Shown here piece by piece: positions 1-10,000 of a stretch of 64,000 nt of DNA. Location of the stretch: contig JANHCV010000002.1 in the NCBI GenBank assembly GCA_025594325.1, positions 1,674,001-1,738,000 on the forward strand, written 5' to 3'. Made by a program: the position numbers and the translations under genes. Positions within the stretch are counted from its first letter, which is position 1. Each line of letters begins with the position of its first letter. The stretch comes from Blastocladiella emersonii ATCC 22665. Taxonomy: Eukaryota; Fungi; Blastocladiomycota. Under the pieces are notes generated by a model. It worked only from the letters and a program-made list of their open reading frames with translations, was not told the origin of the DNA and did no database searches.

Positions 1-1886
1 GACGGGATCCAGATGAAAGAGTAGCTCTTGGCCGCGTCAAGGTACTCAATGCTCGAGAACTGAAGGAACTGGACATTGCCTTCAGCACGGCACCCGGTGA
101 CAAGCGACACTGCAATCATGTCCGTCATATTGTACAGCGCAAAGTTCACAGTGTGGGCTCCAGGGAGCGCGCCGTTTGCGTAGTAGCCCTTTGCATGGAC
201 GAGGTAGTAGCCACTGACAGGGGGTTTGACGCATCCATTGATCACAGACGTGAACGCGCCCGCTGTGGACTGGAACGCAAAGGTGGCCGGGCCCGTTGAT
301 GCTGTGCCGCCAATGATCTTGCCGCCCGTGGTCACTCCATTTGTAGAGCGGTGCTCGGCCTGAGCGACGTACCGGGTCGTGCCAGACCGCGAGTCAACGT
401 ACGCCTTGTTTGCCGCGTTGGTGCCTGCCACTGGAGCAAGGTCAAGGGTGAGCTGCCCTGTGAAGCGACCAGTGCCATTGACGCGGAACCTTTCTGTGCC
501 AAGCGTCGCCGAGCCCACGACCACATTGCCGCCACCTGCCACAAGGGAGACCCCGCCTGTGGTCGCAGACGCATTCTCAATGTTACCCGCCGCTGTGCAT
601 GCCAGGTTGCTTCGCAGTACGCCTGCCTGCTTAAAGTCGACGTACGTCAATGTATTGGCAGCCGAGTCAAAGACAAGGTTCGCGCTTGTGGCATTCCGGA
701 CCAGGACGTTGGGCACAGTCAGTTGCTTGCCAACTCCAAGACCACCAGCAATGGTGACTGCTCCAGTGCTTGATGTCAAACTGTCCGTCGTATTTGCAAA
801 GGCAAAGGCAGCGCCGAGTCCAAGGGTGGACTGGGGGAGCGTGCCAGTGACCGAGGCTGCGCTCACGGCCGTGACCTTGGCCGAGACGTCGGGGAGTCGT
901 GCCAGGTCAATGGTCCCTGCAAGCTTGGCCGAGTCAATGCCAGATGCCAGCTTGGCGTTGGTCAGGGTCCCGTTGGCGATGCGGGCAGGGTCAAGGATCC
1001 CAGTGAGCTTGACCGCCGACACGTCCGCGACCTTGGCGTCCGTGACTGCGCCTGCTGCCAGGTGGGCTGTTCCAATGGACCCGACGTTGAGCTTGCCCCC
1101 ATCAATGCCAGTTGCCAGCTTGGCGTTGGTCACGGCCGCGTCTGCCAGGACCAGGGAGCCAACCGTGCCTGCTGCCAGCTTGGACCCGTCGATGCCAGCT
1201 GCCACCTTGGCGTTGGATACAGCACCGTCTGCCAGGGCTCCCGTCCCAATAGTCCCTGCAACGAGCTTGGACCCAGACACAGACGCGACCTTGGCATCTG
1301 TGACTGCCAGGTCGATGAGAGCCACTGTGCCGACTGTGCCTGCCACGAGCTTGGACCCAGACACGGACGCGACCTTGGCATCAGTCACTGAGCCGTCTGC
1401 CAGGACCGAGGTCCCAACTGTGCCTGCCACGAGCTTGGACCCAGACACCGACGCGACCTTGGCATCAGTCACTGAGCCGTCTGCCAGAACCGAGGTCCCA
1501 ATGGCTGGGAGGTTGGACGCACTGAGTACGCCCACAACCTTGGACGCAGACACAGTGTCCAGCTGAGCATCAACGAGCTTGCCTGTGACCTGCCCTGCTG
1601 TAATCGTGGCGACCTTGTCGGCCGTGATGCTGGCTGGGAGCAGCTGTGCCGTACCAACCGACTTGACATAGAGCCCTGCTGCGCCCACGCCAAGGGTCTG
1701 GTTGTCGACCTTGGCCGACACAGTGGTCCCTGAGACTGCCACGCCAGGGCCAGCAACAGGTGTGCCAACCGTGGCGTACACGGCACTGATGGCCGCATCA
1801 ACGTAGGCCTTGGACACGTCCGGGACCCCCGTGGTAGACACGGTCAGAGACGCAGTACTTGAGACGTTAAAGATATTCTTGACCAT
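1..1886 (-). CDS. Viral fibre/spike-like protein, >620 aa, runs off the window edge; possible C1q-like C-terminal head
   Basis: Hand translation from ATG 1886: MVKNIFNVSS...SKAYVDAAI...; 28-aa repeats GTSVLADGSVTDAKVASVSGSKLVAGTV; STGAVTIAGGLGVGK; NKAYVDS; late VKPPVSGYYLVHAKGYY. Frame open to base 3. Absent from the ORF track because there is no stop. Confidence 0.8.
   Translation of the reverse strand, partial: MVKNIFNVSSTASLTVSTTGVPDVSKAYVDAAISAVYATVGTPVAGPGVAVSGTTVSAKVDNQTLGVGAAGLYVKSVGTAQLLPASITADKVATITAGQVTGKLVDAQLDTVSASKVVGVLSASNLPAIGTSVLADGSVTDAKVASVSGSKLVAGTVGTSVLADGSVTDAKVASVSGSKLVAGTVGTVALIDLAVTDAKVASVSGSKLVAGTIGTGALADGAVSNAKVAAGIDGSKLAAGTVGSLVLADAAVTNAKLATGIDGGKLNVGSIGTAHLAAGAVTDAKVADVSAVKLTGILDPARIANGTLTNAKLASGIDSAKLAGTIDLARLPDVSAKVTAVSAASVTGTLPQSTLGLGAAFAFANTTDSLTSSTGAVTIAGGLGVGKQLTVPNVLVRNATSANLVFDSAANTLTYVDFKQAGVLRSNLACTAAGNIENASATTGGVSLVAGGGNVVVGSATLGTERFRVNGTGRFTGQLTLDLAPVAGTNAANKAYVDSRSGTTRYVAQAEHRSTNGVTTGGKIIGGTASTGPATFAFQSTAGAFTSVINGCVKPPVSGYYLVHAKGYYANGALPGAHTVNFALYNMTDMIAVSLVTGCRAEGNVQFLQFSSIEYLDAAKSYSFIWIP
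1250..1500 (-). repeat. 84-bp (28-aa) tandem repeats in the fibre gene, with more degenerate copies to ~900
   Basis: ggacccagacac..gacgcgaccttggcatc recurs at ~1270, 1354 and 1438 (84-bp period). Confidence 0.85.
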
Positions 1887-1906
1887 GTTTAACCTTAAGC
1901 AACAGA

Positions 1907-2158
1907 ATGATTTCCAGCGACCATGACCTGAGCCTGGACGAGTGGCAGGAGCACCTCGCCGGGACCATGCCCGTGCCAAGCAGCTGGTACAGCAAGAGCG
2001 ACAAGGACAAGGCCAAGTGGCTACAGAAGCGCGACCGCAAGGCCAACCGGTACACGCACGTTGACGACGAGGCAGCGTGGGCAGAGCGGGTCAAGATCCG
2101 GATCTACAAGGCACTCAACGCCAAGCGCCGGGACCAGGGGGCAAATAGCACCGTCTGA
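1907..2158 (+). CDS. Viral hypothetical protein, 83 aa, basic
   Basis: Coding-like codon bias; divergent from the fibre gene across a 20-bp gap. Confidence 0.6.
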   Translation: MISSDHDLSLDEWQEHLAGTMPVPSSWYSKSDKDKAKWLQKRDRKANRYTHVDDEAAWAERVKIRIYKALNAKRRDQGANSTV

Positions 2159-2235
2159 GGGACAAAAGGCACCTGCCACGGGGAAAAAGGTACCGACAGG
2201 GGGACGTTTTATTTTCGGTCCATACAGTAACCATC

Positions 2236-3951
2236 ATGGGCCGAAGAACAGTACCAGAACTACTCGCAAGAGTGACCAAGGCAACCGACGGCCACATCAT
2301 GGCTGAGCGCCTTGCAGGGCAGAAGATCAAGGCGACCATTGATGGCCGCGAGTACACGTTCCCCAATGCCAAAGAGCTCCTCGACGTCTGGGTGCCTTAC
2401 ATCCTTGCCTTTGACTACAAGGTGATGCCCGAGAGCTATGCCAACGACTTTGGCCACAAACGAGGCGACTCGCTGTTCTACCTCAGGCACCAGGACGGCG
2501 TCACTGGGTACGAGGTCAAGGACCTCCAGGAGCACGTCCAAGATACGCTTAAAGCGTGGGAAGAGCACCAGGCAACGGGCAAGGTCACTTGAGTCCCAGT
2601 CACTCCACCAGCGGCAAGCCCCAGACCAGAGGCCCCCAAGTCGGCCACGGACAGCGACAGGGGCAGCAGCGAAGAAGAACGCGACGAGCTGGCAGAAGAG
2701 ATCTCACAAGCCCTGGACGTCATTGATGAGGACGCTGTACCGGACCACTTGCTCCCTGTGCCCGTCCGGCCAGTCATGCCCAAGCAGTACCCGGTCGAGG
2801 CCGGCGACTATGTTGGTCAAGACATTGACGAGTACGGCGCCATGATCCCTGGCCAGTACCTGATCCAGAATGACAATGACGGCGGCAACGACCCGCCCCC
2901 AAGGCTTGACGACAGCACCCGCGACCTTGTGGTCATGCCACCAAGCTACGGCCCGGACGTGGCACAGCGGCAAGGTGTGTACAACGAGGGTCACGTCCAC
3001 CCAGCCATGGACAAGGCACGCATGATCGAGGGCTCCAAGGACCTGCAGGTCTACAACCCCGAGCGGGCGCTGACAACCACGGACAACATGGAGGTCAACG
3101 TTGTCCAGAACTTTCAACAGTTTAACCAGTTCGTGTACAACAGCTACACGCAGCAGAACACGCAGAACGTCGACATGCGGCAGTTCATCACCCAGTACGA
3201 GAACAACTACTACAAGCAGAACGTGGACATGCGACAGCAGATCCTGGTCCAGTACAACAATGACCCGAACGTCATGGCCGCGCTCGAGCTCATTGCCTCG
3301 CAGTTTGCTGGGTCCCAGGTCATGCAGTTCCAGGCGTACCAGGCGCTCATTGAGCAGTCGGCGGCCGCTCAGGGACTGGCCATGGACGCATTTGCCAACC
3401 TTGCGTCCGGGATTGTGAACACGCTCCGAGCCGAACGCAACAACTTTGTCCGCCAGATTGACGCTGGCAACCGCGCGCTTGTGTCTGAGATTGCCACGGG
3501 CATGTCCTCTGCGCTCAGCAACCAGCAGGTGCTCATGAACCAGCTCGCAAGCGGCGTCCAGGGCGCGATCCAAGGGCAGACCCAGAGCAACAAGGCCATG
3601 ACCAAGACGCTCCAAGACCTTGGGTCCAAGCTGGACACGATCCCTGCACCCCAAGTCATTGTCCAGCCTGCTGACACAAGCGGCCTTGAGGCCATGATCA
3701 GGGAGCTGGCTGCGCAAAACAATTCTGGCGGTAGTTCTAAGAAGACCAACATGCTCCTCGAACAGATCCTCAAGCAGCTGGGCTACAAGAAGCCGACCAA
3801 CGCGAAGCTGTTCACAGACAAGCGGGCAGCGGGTAGCGGGCTGACAGCGCCCAAGATCCAGCGTCACCAGAAGATCCCTGAGCGGCCCGTCAAGCAGGTC
3901 TGCGAGACCCCAAAGCGCAGCAGCATTGTGCTTGACCTTGGCTGGGACTGA
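2236..3951 (+). pseudogene. Viral hypothetical ~570-aa protein with Q/N-rich coiled-coil C-half, split by an in-frame TGA at 2590-2592
   Basis: ORFs 2236-2592 and 2749-3951 are in the same frame; the reading continues GTC CCA GTC ACT (VPVTPPAASP...) directly after the TGA. Confidence 0.65.
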
Positions 3952-3977
3952 CGCCCTTTTTTGTTGGCAGTCTTTAA

Positions 3978-4776
3978 ATGTACAACATTGTTGCCATTGA
4001 CAACGGCTTTACGCGCAACGACGACGGCGAGCCGCTGCCAATCCCCAAGCACCTGTTCACCATGAACGTCATTGGCGCCAAGGGTCAGGGCAAGTCAATG
4101 CTGATCGCAAACATGGTCTGCTTCCCGCACTTTTACAAGGGCCAGTTTGACAACATCTGGGTCTTTAACCTGACGTTCCACGCTGACGACAAGTACGAGT
4201 ACATTGCCAGTCAACAGATCCTGCGACCGCCCAAGAAGGAGCGCAACGTGCTGGACCCCCAGGAGCGCGACCCGGACCGGCTCAAGATCAAGCCAGGGTG
4301 CATCGTCACAGACCCCGAGCAGTTCATCCCGACCCTGCTCAAGATGCGCCAGGACCTGACCAAGACATTCGAAGAGTCTGGCAAGAAGGCGCTCCAGGAC
4401 CAGCTGCTGATCATCGACAACGTGCTTGGGCTCAAGCTGCTGAGCCACAGAACGCTGACCAACTTTCTGTGCAACTCGCAGCACTTGAAGATCAGCTGCA
4501 TCATTGGCGTCCAGTGGTGGTGTGCCCTGCCCAAGACTCTGCGCATCAATTGCAGCTACAGCGTCGTCTACCCAATCTATGACAAGACCGAGGTCCAGAC
4601 GCTGCACAAGGAGATTGGGTCGCAGTTCGACCTCAAGGAGTTTGAGGCCATCATTGAACAGCTCCTTGACACGCGTACTGGCAACACAAAGCGACGCTTC
4701 CTGGGCGTCAACAAACCAGAACCCGCCCAAGTACCGGCTCGTAGACAGCTTCAGCAAGTGGATTGTGAAGCAGTAG
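3978..4776 (+). pseudogene. A32/FtsK-like viral genome-packaging ATPase, degenerate and frameshifted near 4710
   Basis: Walker A VIGAKGQGKS; Walker B LLIIDN (expected DD); NSQH (expected RH); LPKTLRIN. The natural-looking C-terminus NQNPPKYRLVDSFSKWIVKQ* is in another frame, ending at 4776. Confidence 0.85.
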
Positions 4777-4816
4777 ACTCTTGACTTCTTTTTGTTGCTG
4801 AGTCCTAAACTAAACC

Positions 4817-6037
4817 ATGTCCAGTACCAACGCCCAGTTCTCGCAGGTCCTGTCCAAGACTCTGCCTCCCGAGATGTTGTTCAACCTGCCCAAGGAGTCT
4901 GTCTATGCCGAGCGCCAGACCGTCCAGTTCACGGCTCAGGGCGGCCCCGAGTTTGCTCCTGGCAACAGCATCAGCGTCCTGCTCCCGCCGCGCGACAACA
5001 TGATGGACACGCACTGTACTTTCCTGCAGTTCTTGGCCAAGACCACGGACGCCAACGTCGCCTTCTGCGATGGTATCTTCAGCGTCATTGACCGTGTCCG
5101 CATCTACAGCGCGTCTGGTGCCCTACTCGAAGAGCTCCCGTACTACAACCTGCGTCAGTGCATCAAGGCCGATGTGACGGTCCCCCAGTACCTCAAGGAC
5201 TCGTGTCTTGGCGTGGCACAGGGCTACTTTGCGTCCGGCGCTGACAAGTTCGCTGTCTCGTCTGGGCTGCACCGGTACATGCTGCCCATCAAGTCCGCCC
5301 TGCTGGCGAACCAGAAGCACCTCCCAATGAAGTACACGGGCGGCATCTGCGTTGAGTTCACCCTTGCACCTGGCAGCGACGCTTGCGTGGTCAAGAACAA
5401 TGCGATCCTGGGCTACACAGTCAAGGACGTCTGCATCGTCTCGGACCTGATCAAGCTCAACGACCAGCAGATCGCAGTCATGAACGCGGCCTTCAAGAAG
5501 CAGGGCCTCAAGCTCTTTGGCACGACCTACAACCACCACTTCCTGAACTACTTGGTGCCCAACTTGACGCTCAACATCTCGGACCGCTCGGCCTCACAGA
5601 AAGACATCCTGCTGTCATTCCGCGACAATGCCGTGCTCAACGACAATGCCAAGGACTCGTTCCTTTGTGCCAAGACCATTACATCGTACCAGTTCAGCGT
5701 GGCCGGCTGACTCTTCCCTCAGCGACCCATCCGCTGTGACAACTACGCGTCCGAGGCGTTCGTTGAGCTGACCAATGCCTTCCATGGCCACGTCATTGGC
5801 GCTGGCCTCACAGTCGACAAGTTCAACGCGCCGGCCAAGGGTACCTTTGTTGTTGGCTGTGACCTCGAGTCGAGTCGCACCGTGGTCAGCGGCAACAAGT
5901 CTTGCAAGAGCCAGGCCGTGGACATGCAGGTGATCCTGACTTCGAGCGTGGCCCCAAACCAGCGCGTGGACGCCTTCATTGGCATCGACGTGGTCTACGA
6001 GTTCCTGCCAACCGGCGAGATCAACATCTACAAGTAA
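4817..6037 (+). pseudogene. Major capsid protein (double jelly-roll, PLV type), ~406 aa, with an internal TGA at 5708-5710
   Basis: FAPGNSISVLLP; GIFSVIDRVRIYSASGALLEELPYYN. After the TGA the frame continues LFPQRPI...FVVGCDLES...SG...FIGIDVVYEFLPTGEINIYK* (TAA 6035-6037). Confidence 0.85.
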
Positions 6038-6079
6038 CGGCCCTGTCCTTTCTTTTCTTGCGTAGAGTTAAACCCCGCC

Positions 6080-6346
6080 ATGATCTTCCGTAACCTCTGG
6101 ACCAACTTTAGCAATGTGCTCAGCCAGGTTGGGTCCTTTGTCAACAAACACATGCCGACCGTCCTCAAAGGCGTCAAGACTGTGTCCAAGTTCATTGAGC
6201 GGTCGCACAACCCCACCGTGAGCTCCATTGCGCAGATGGTGACCAAGGGCGCCAACCTTGCCCAAGACATTCACACCTGGTACAACCGACCAACAAGCGA
6301 GATCTTTGAGGCAGACGCTGACGACACGGGGGCAGCTGTACAATAA
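6080..6346 (+). CDS. Small viral protein, 88 aa, with an N-terminal amphipathic helix (adenovirus pVI-like, tentative)
   Basis: MIFRNLWTNFSNVLSQVGSFVNKHMPTVLKGVKTVSKF; lies between MCP and penton; has the shared upstream motif. Confidence 0.7.
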   Translation: MIFRNLWTNFSNVLSQVGSFVNKHMPTVLKGVKTVSKFIERSHNPTVSSIAQMVTKGANLAQDIHTWYNRPTSEIFEADADDTGAAVQ

Positions 6347-6364
6347 ATTGTTGTCTTTGTTTAA

Positions 6365-6849
6365 ATGTCCGAGTACAAGACGCTGACCATCTGCAGCCGC
6401 GACCTCAAGAACGGCATCCTGTACCTGCCACGACCCCTGTCCGTGCGCGGCGTCAAGGTCAACTTGGCGTACCTCTGCAACAGCTGGCACACGGTCAACT
6501 CCAAGGCCAACAAAGTGTACCTGACCCAGAGCCGTGGCGCGCTGACGTTCCCGGGCACCATCACCGTCCCTGATGGCAACTACACGGTCAAGACGTTCAC
6601 GGCCACGCTCAAGAGCCTGCTCAACAACGCGCCGTCGTCGTACCTCTGGCAGGGCACCTGGGACGTCCAGGTCGACTCGACTACCCAGAAGATGCGCCTG
6701 GCCAACGACACGGTTGACTTTACAATTGGAACAGGGACGGCGTCGCTGAACGTCCACATGGGCTTTGTTGGAGCGTATGGCTACAGCAAGGTCCAGTATG
6801 GGTTGGCGCTGGTCAACATCTCGCCCATCAACCTGCTTCACGTCTACTC
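6365..6849 (+). pseudogene. Minor capsid protein (penton), 5' part, interrupted by the retrotransposon
   Basis: LTICSRDL, LCNSWHTVN, VPDGNYT; ends ...LLHVYS at the TSD TACTC (6845-6849). Confidence 0.85.
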
Positions 6850-7023
6850 TGTAAGGTGCCGAGGGGGAGGGTCTTGTGCCACGAGGAATGACTAGCCGGA
6901 TAATGAAGGATTGTATCACGAATGACAAGAGAGAGGGAGAGCGAGGGCAACGCTCGGCTTATGAGGGACTGCGCCACCAGCCCGCGCCACCAGCCCGAGC
7001 CGTCGGATCACTGAACCGTGACA
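6850..7023 (-). repeat. 3' LTR (174 bp)
   Basis: tgtaaggtgcc...ccgtgaca; differs from the other LTR at one base (G6997 vs A12114). The polypurine tract GGAGGGGGAAGGGAGATAG (minus strand) is adjacent at 7024-7042. Confidence 0.97.
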
Positions 7024-10000
7024 CTATCTCCCCTTCCCCCTCCGCGGGTCGGGTTTTGACGGGTTCTGCGCGTGGAACTCGGCGAGCAGCTCGAGGTGCT
7101 TGAGGTTCGCGTACGGCTCCCAGGTGTTGTCGTCCTCGGGGCAGCCGTGCCACTTGAGCAGGTACTCGACGCTGCGGCCGACCTTGCGCGCGTCGCGGAT
7201 CGCCTCGACCGTCCACTCCTCGTGCCCGTTGACGGCGTACGGCGTTGGCGGCGGCAGCGCGCGGCCCGGGAACGCCTCCTCGTCGTGCTCGTCGATCGGC
7301 TTGATGAGCGAGACGTGGAACACGGGATGGACGCGCGCCATGGTCGGCGGCAGCTCGAGCTCGACGGCCGATTTCCGGATGAGGCGCACGATCTTGAGCG
7401 GCTCCGTGTACTTGGGCCCGAGCTTGGCCTTGGGCACGTTGACGCGCAGGTTCTTGGTGCTCAGCAGCACCATGTCGCCGACCTTGTAGTCGGGGCCCTC
7501 GCGGCAGCGGCGGTCAGCGTGCTTCTTGTACAGCTCCTTGGCGCGCTCGACCTTCTCGCGCAGCTTGCCCTGGACGTCGGCAATGCGCTCGGCCAGCGCG
7601 GCGGCTGACGGGACCCGATCCGACCGAACTGGCGCGGCCGAGAGCCGCGGGTCAAACGCGTAGTTGGCCTTGAACGGCGACATGCCCGTTGACTCGTTGA
7701 CCGTGTTGTTGATGGCCATCTCGGCGTACCGCAGCAGCTCGGCCCAGTTCGACTGGTCCTCGTTGGCGAACATGCGCAGGTACACCTCGAGGGTCTGGTT
7801 CATGCGCTCGGTCTGCCCGTCGGTCTGCGGGTGGTACGCCGTCGAGAGCTTGGCCTTGATCTCAAGCGACTCGCACATGGCCGACCAGAACCGCGACGTG
7901 AACTGCGACCCGCGGTCCGAGACGATGTCGTCGGGCAGCCCGTGCGGCCGCACCACGTGCTCGATGAAGGCGTCGGCGGTCGTGGCGGCCGTTGGGAGCG
8001 CGGCGAGCGGGATGAAGTGCGTCATCTTGGAGAACCGATCGACGACGACCATGATGCAGGTGTGACCCTTGCTGCGCGGCAGGTCCGTGATGAAGTCCAT
8101 GGAGATCGACGACCATGGCCGCGGCGGCGTGGGCAGCGGCTGCAGCTCGCCGTCAGGCCGGTGGCGCGGCACCTTGGCCCGCGCGCAGGTGAGGCACGAC
8201 TTGACGAACCGCTCGATCACCTTGCGCATCCCGGGCCACCAGTACGAGCGCGACACCTTCTCGATGGTGCGCTGGACGCCGAAATGACCGGCTACACGCG
8301 TCGCGTGCGCCTCCTCGATCACCCGGGTGCGCGCGACGCCTGACGGTACGTACAGCCGGTCGTCTCGCCAAACGAAGCCGTCGAGGTCCATGGTGAGCGA
8401 CGGGTGCTTGCCCGAGTTCCGCTGCATCGACTGCGCGAGCTCGTCCTCCGCCAGGCCGTCCCGAATCGCGGCGAGCACGTCGTCGCCCTGCGTGCCCGCG
8501 ACGAGCGGCGCGCTGGCCGCGGCCGTGGCGGCCACCGTGAGCGCCGACGCGGGAACGACAGCGCGGCCGAGCATCGGGTTGTCAAACAGCTCGTAGTCGG
8601 CGCGGCGCGACAGCGCGTCGGCGCGCCCGTTGATTGCGCCGGGCCGGTACGTGAACCGGAACGAAAACCGCTCGAGGAACAGTGCCCACCGCGCGTGCCG
8701 CTGCGACTCGACCGTCATGGTGCGAAAGTGCTCGAGGTTCTTGTGGTCCGTGTACACCTCGACCGGGTGCTGCGCGCCCTCGAGGTGGTGGCGCCAGATC
8801 TCGAACGCGACCTTGATGGCGAGCAGCTCCTTATCCAAGATGGGATAATTCAGCTCCGCCGCCTTGAGCGCGCGCGAGTGGAACGCGACCGGCCGCAGCG
8901 TGCCCTCGTTGTCGACCTGCGACAGGACGCACCCAATGGCGAAGTTGGACGCGTCGGCCTCGACAATGAACTGTTTTGAGGGGTCGGGGTGCGCGAGGAA
9001 CTGGTCGGACGCGAACCGCGTCTTGATGGCCGCAAAGGCCGCCGCCTCGGTGTCGCCCCACCGCCACGGCGTGTCCTTCTGCGTAAGACGGGTGAGCGGG
9101 ATGGTCAGTTCCGAGAACTCGGGGATGAAGCGGCGGTAGTAGTTGGCGAGGCCCAGGAACGCCTGCACCTCCTTGACCGTCCGTGGCGCGGGCCACTCGG
9201 TCACGGCGCGGACCTTGGCCGGGTCCATCTCGACGCCCTCGGTGGTCAGGATGTGGCCGAGGTACTCGACGCGCGTCACGTCGAATTCGCACTTCTCGAG
9301 CTTGACGTACAGCTTGTTGTCGGCGAGCCGCTGCAGCACCTCCTTGACGAGCGCCGTGTGCTCTTCGGGGTCCTCGCTGAAGATGAGGATGTCGTCCAGG
9401 TACACGAGAACGCCGCGGCGGTCGAGCAGGTCGCGGAACACGTCGTTGACAAACGCCTGGAACGCGGCCGGCGCGTTGGTCAGCCCGAACGGCATCACCA
9501 TCCATTCATAATGTCCGTAGCGCGTGCGGAACGCCGTCTTCCACTCGTCGCCCTCGCGGATGCGGACCAGGTTGTACGCGCCGCGCAGGTCGAACTTGGT
9601 GAAGATGCGCGCGCCCTGCACTTGGTTCATGAGCTCCGCGATGAGCGGCAGCGCGTAGCGGTTCTTGACCGTCAGCGCGTTGAGGCGGCGGTAGTCCACA
9701 CACATGCGGCGCGACCCGTCCTTCTTGGGCACGAACATGATCGGCGCGCCGGCTGGCGACCGCGATGGGCGGATGAAGCCGCGCGCGAGGTTCTCGTCGA
9801 TGGTCTTGCGCAGCTCCTCGAGTTCGGGCTGCGACAGGGCGTAGACGGGCAGGAACGGCACCTTGGCGCCCTCGACGAGCTCGATCTCGCAGTCGTACGG
9901 TCGGTGCGGCGGGAGCGCGGACGCCGCGGCGGCATCGAAGACGTGCGCCCACTTGAGGTACTTGGCGGGCAGCACGCGCTTCGGCGCCGCGTCATCTGGC

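Noticed and set aside
2210-2238. An eighth copy of the viral upstream motif before ORF 2236
   Set aside because: It has a T-run and TAACC but no TGTTG at the 8-nt spacing, so it was not counted.
2590-5710. Alternative genetic code (TGA as sense) in the virus
   Set aside because: TGA also ends evidently complete viral genes (2158, 3951, 12404), and TGG is used for Trp.
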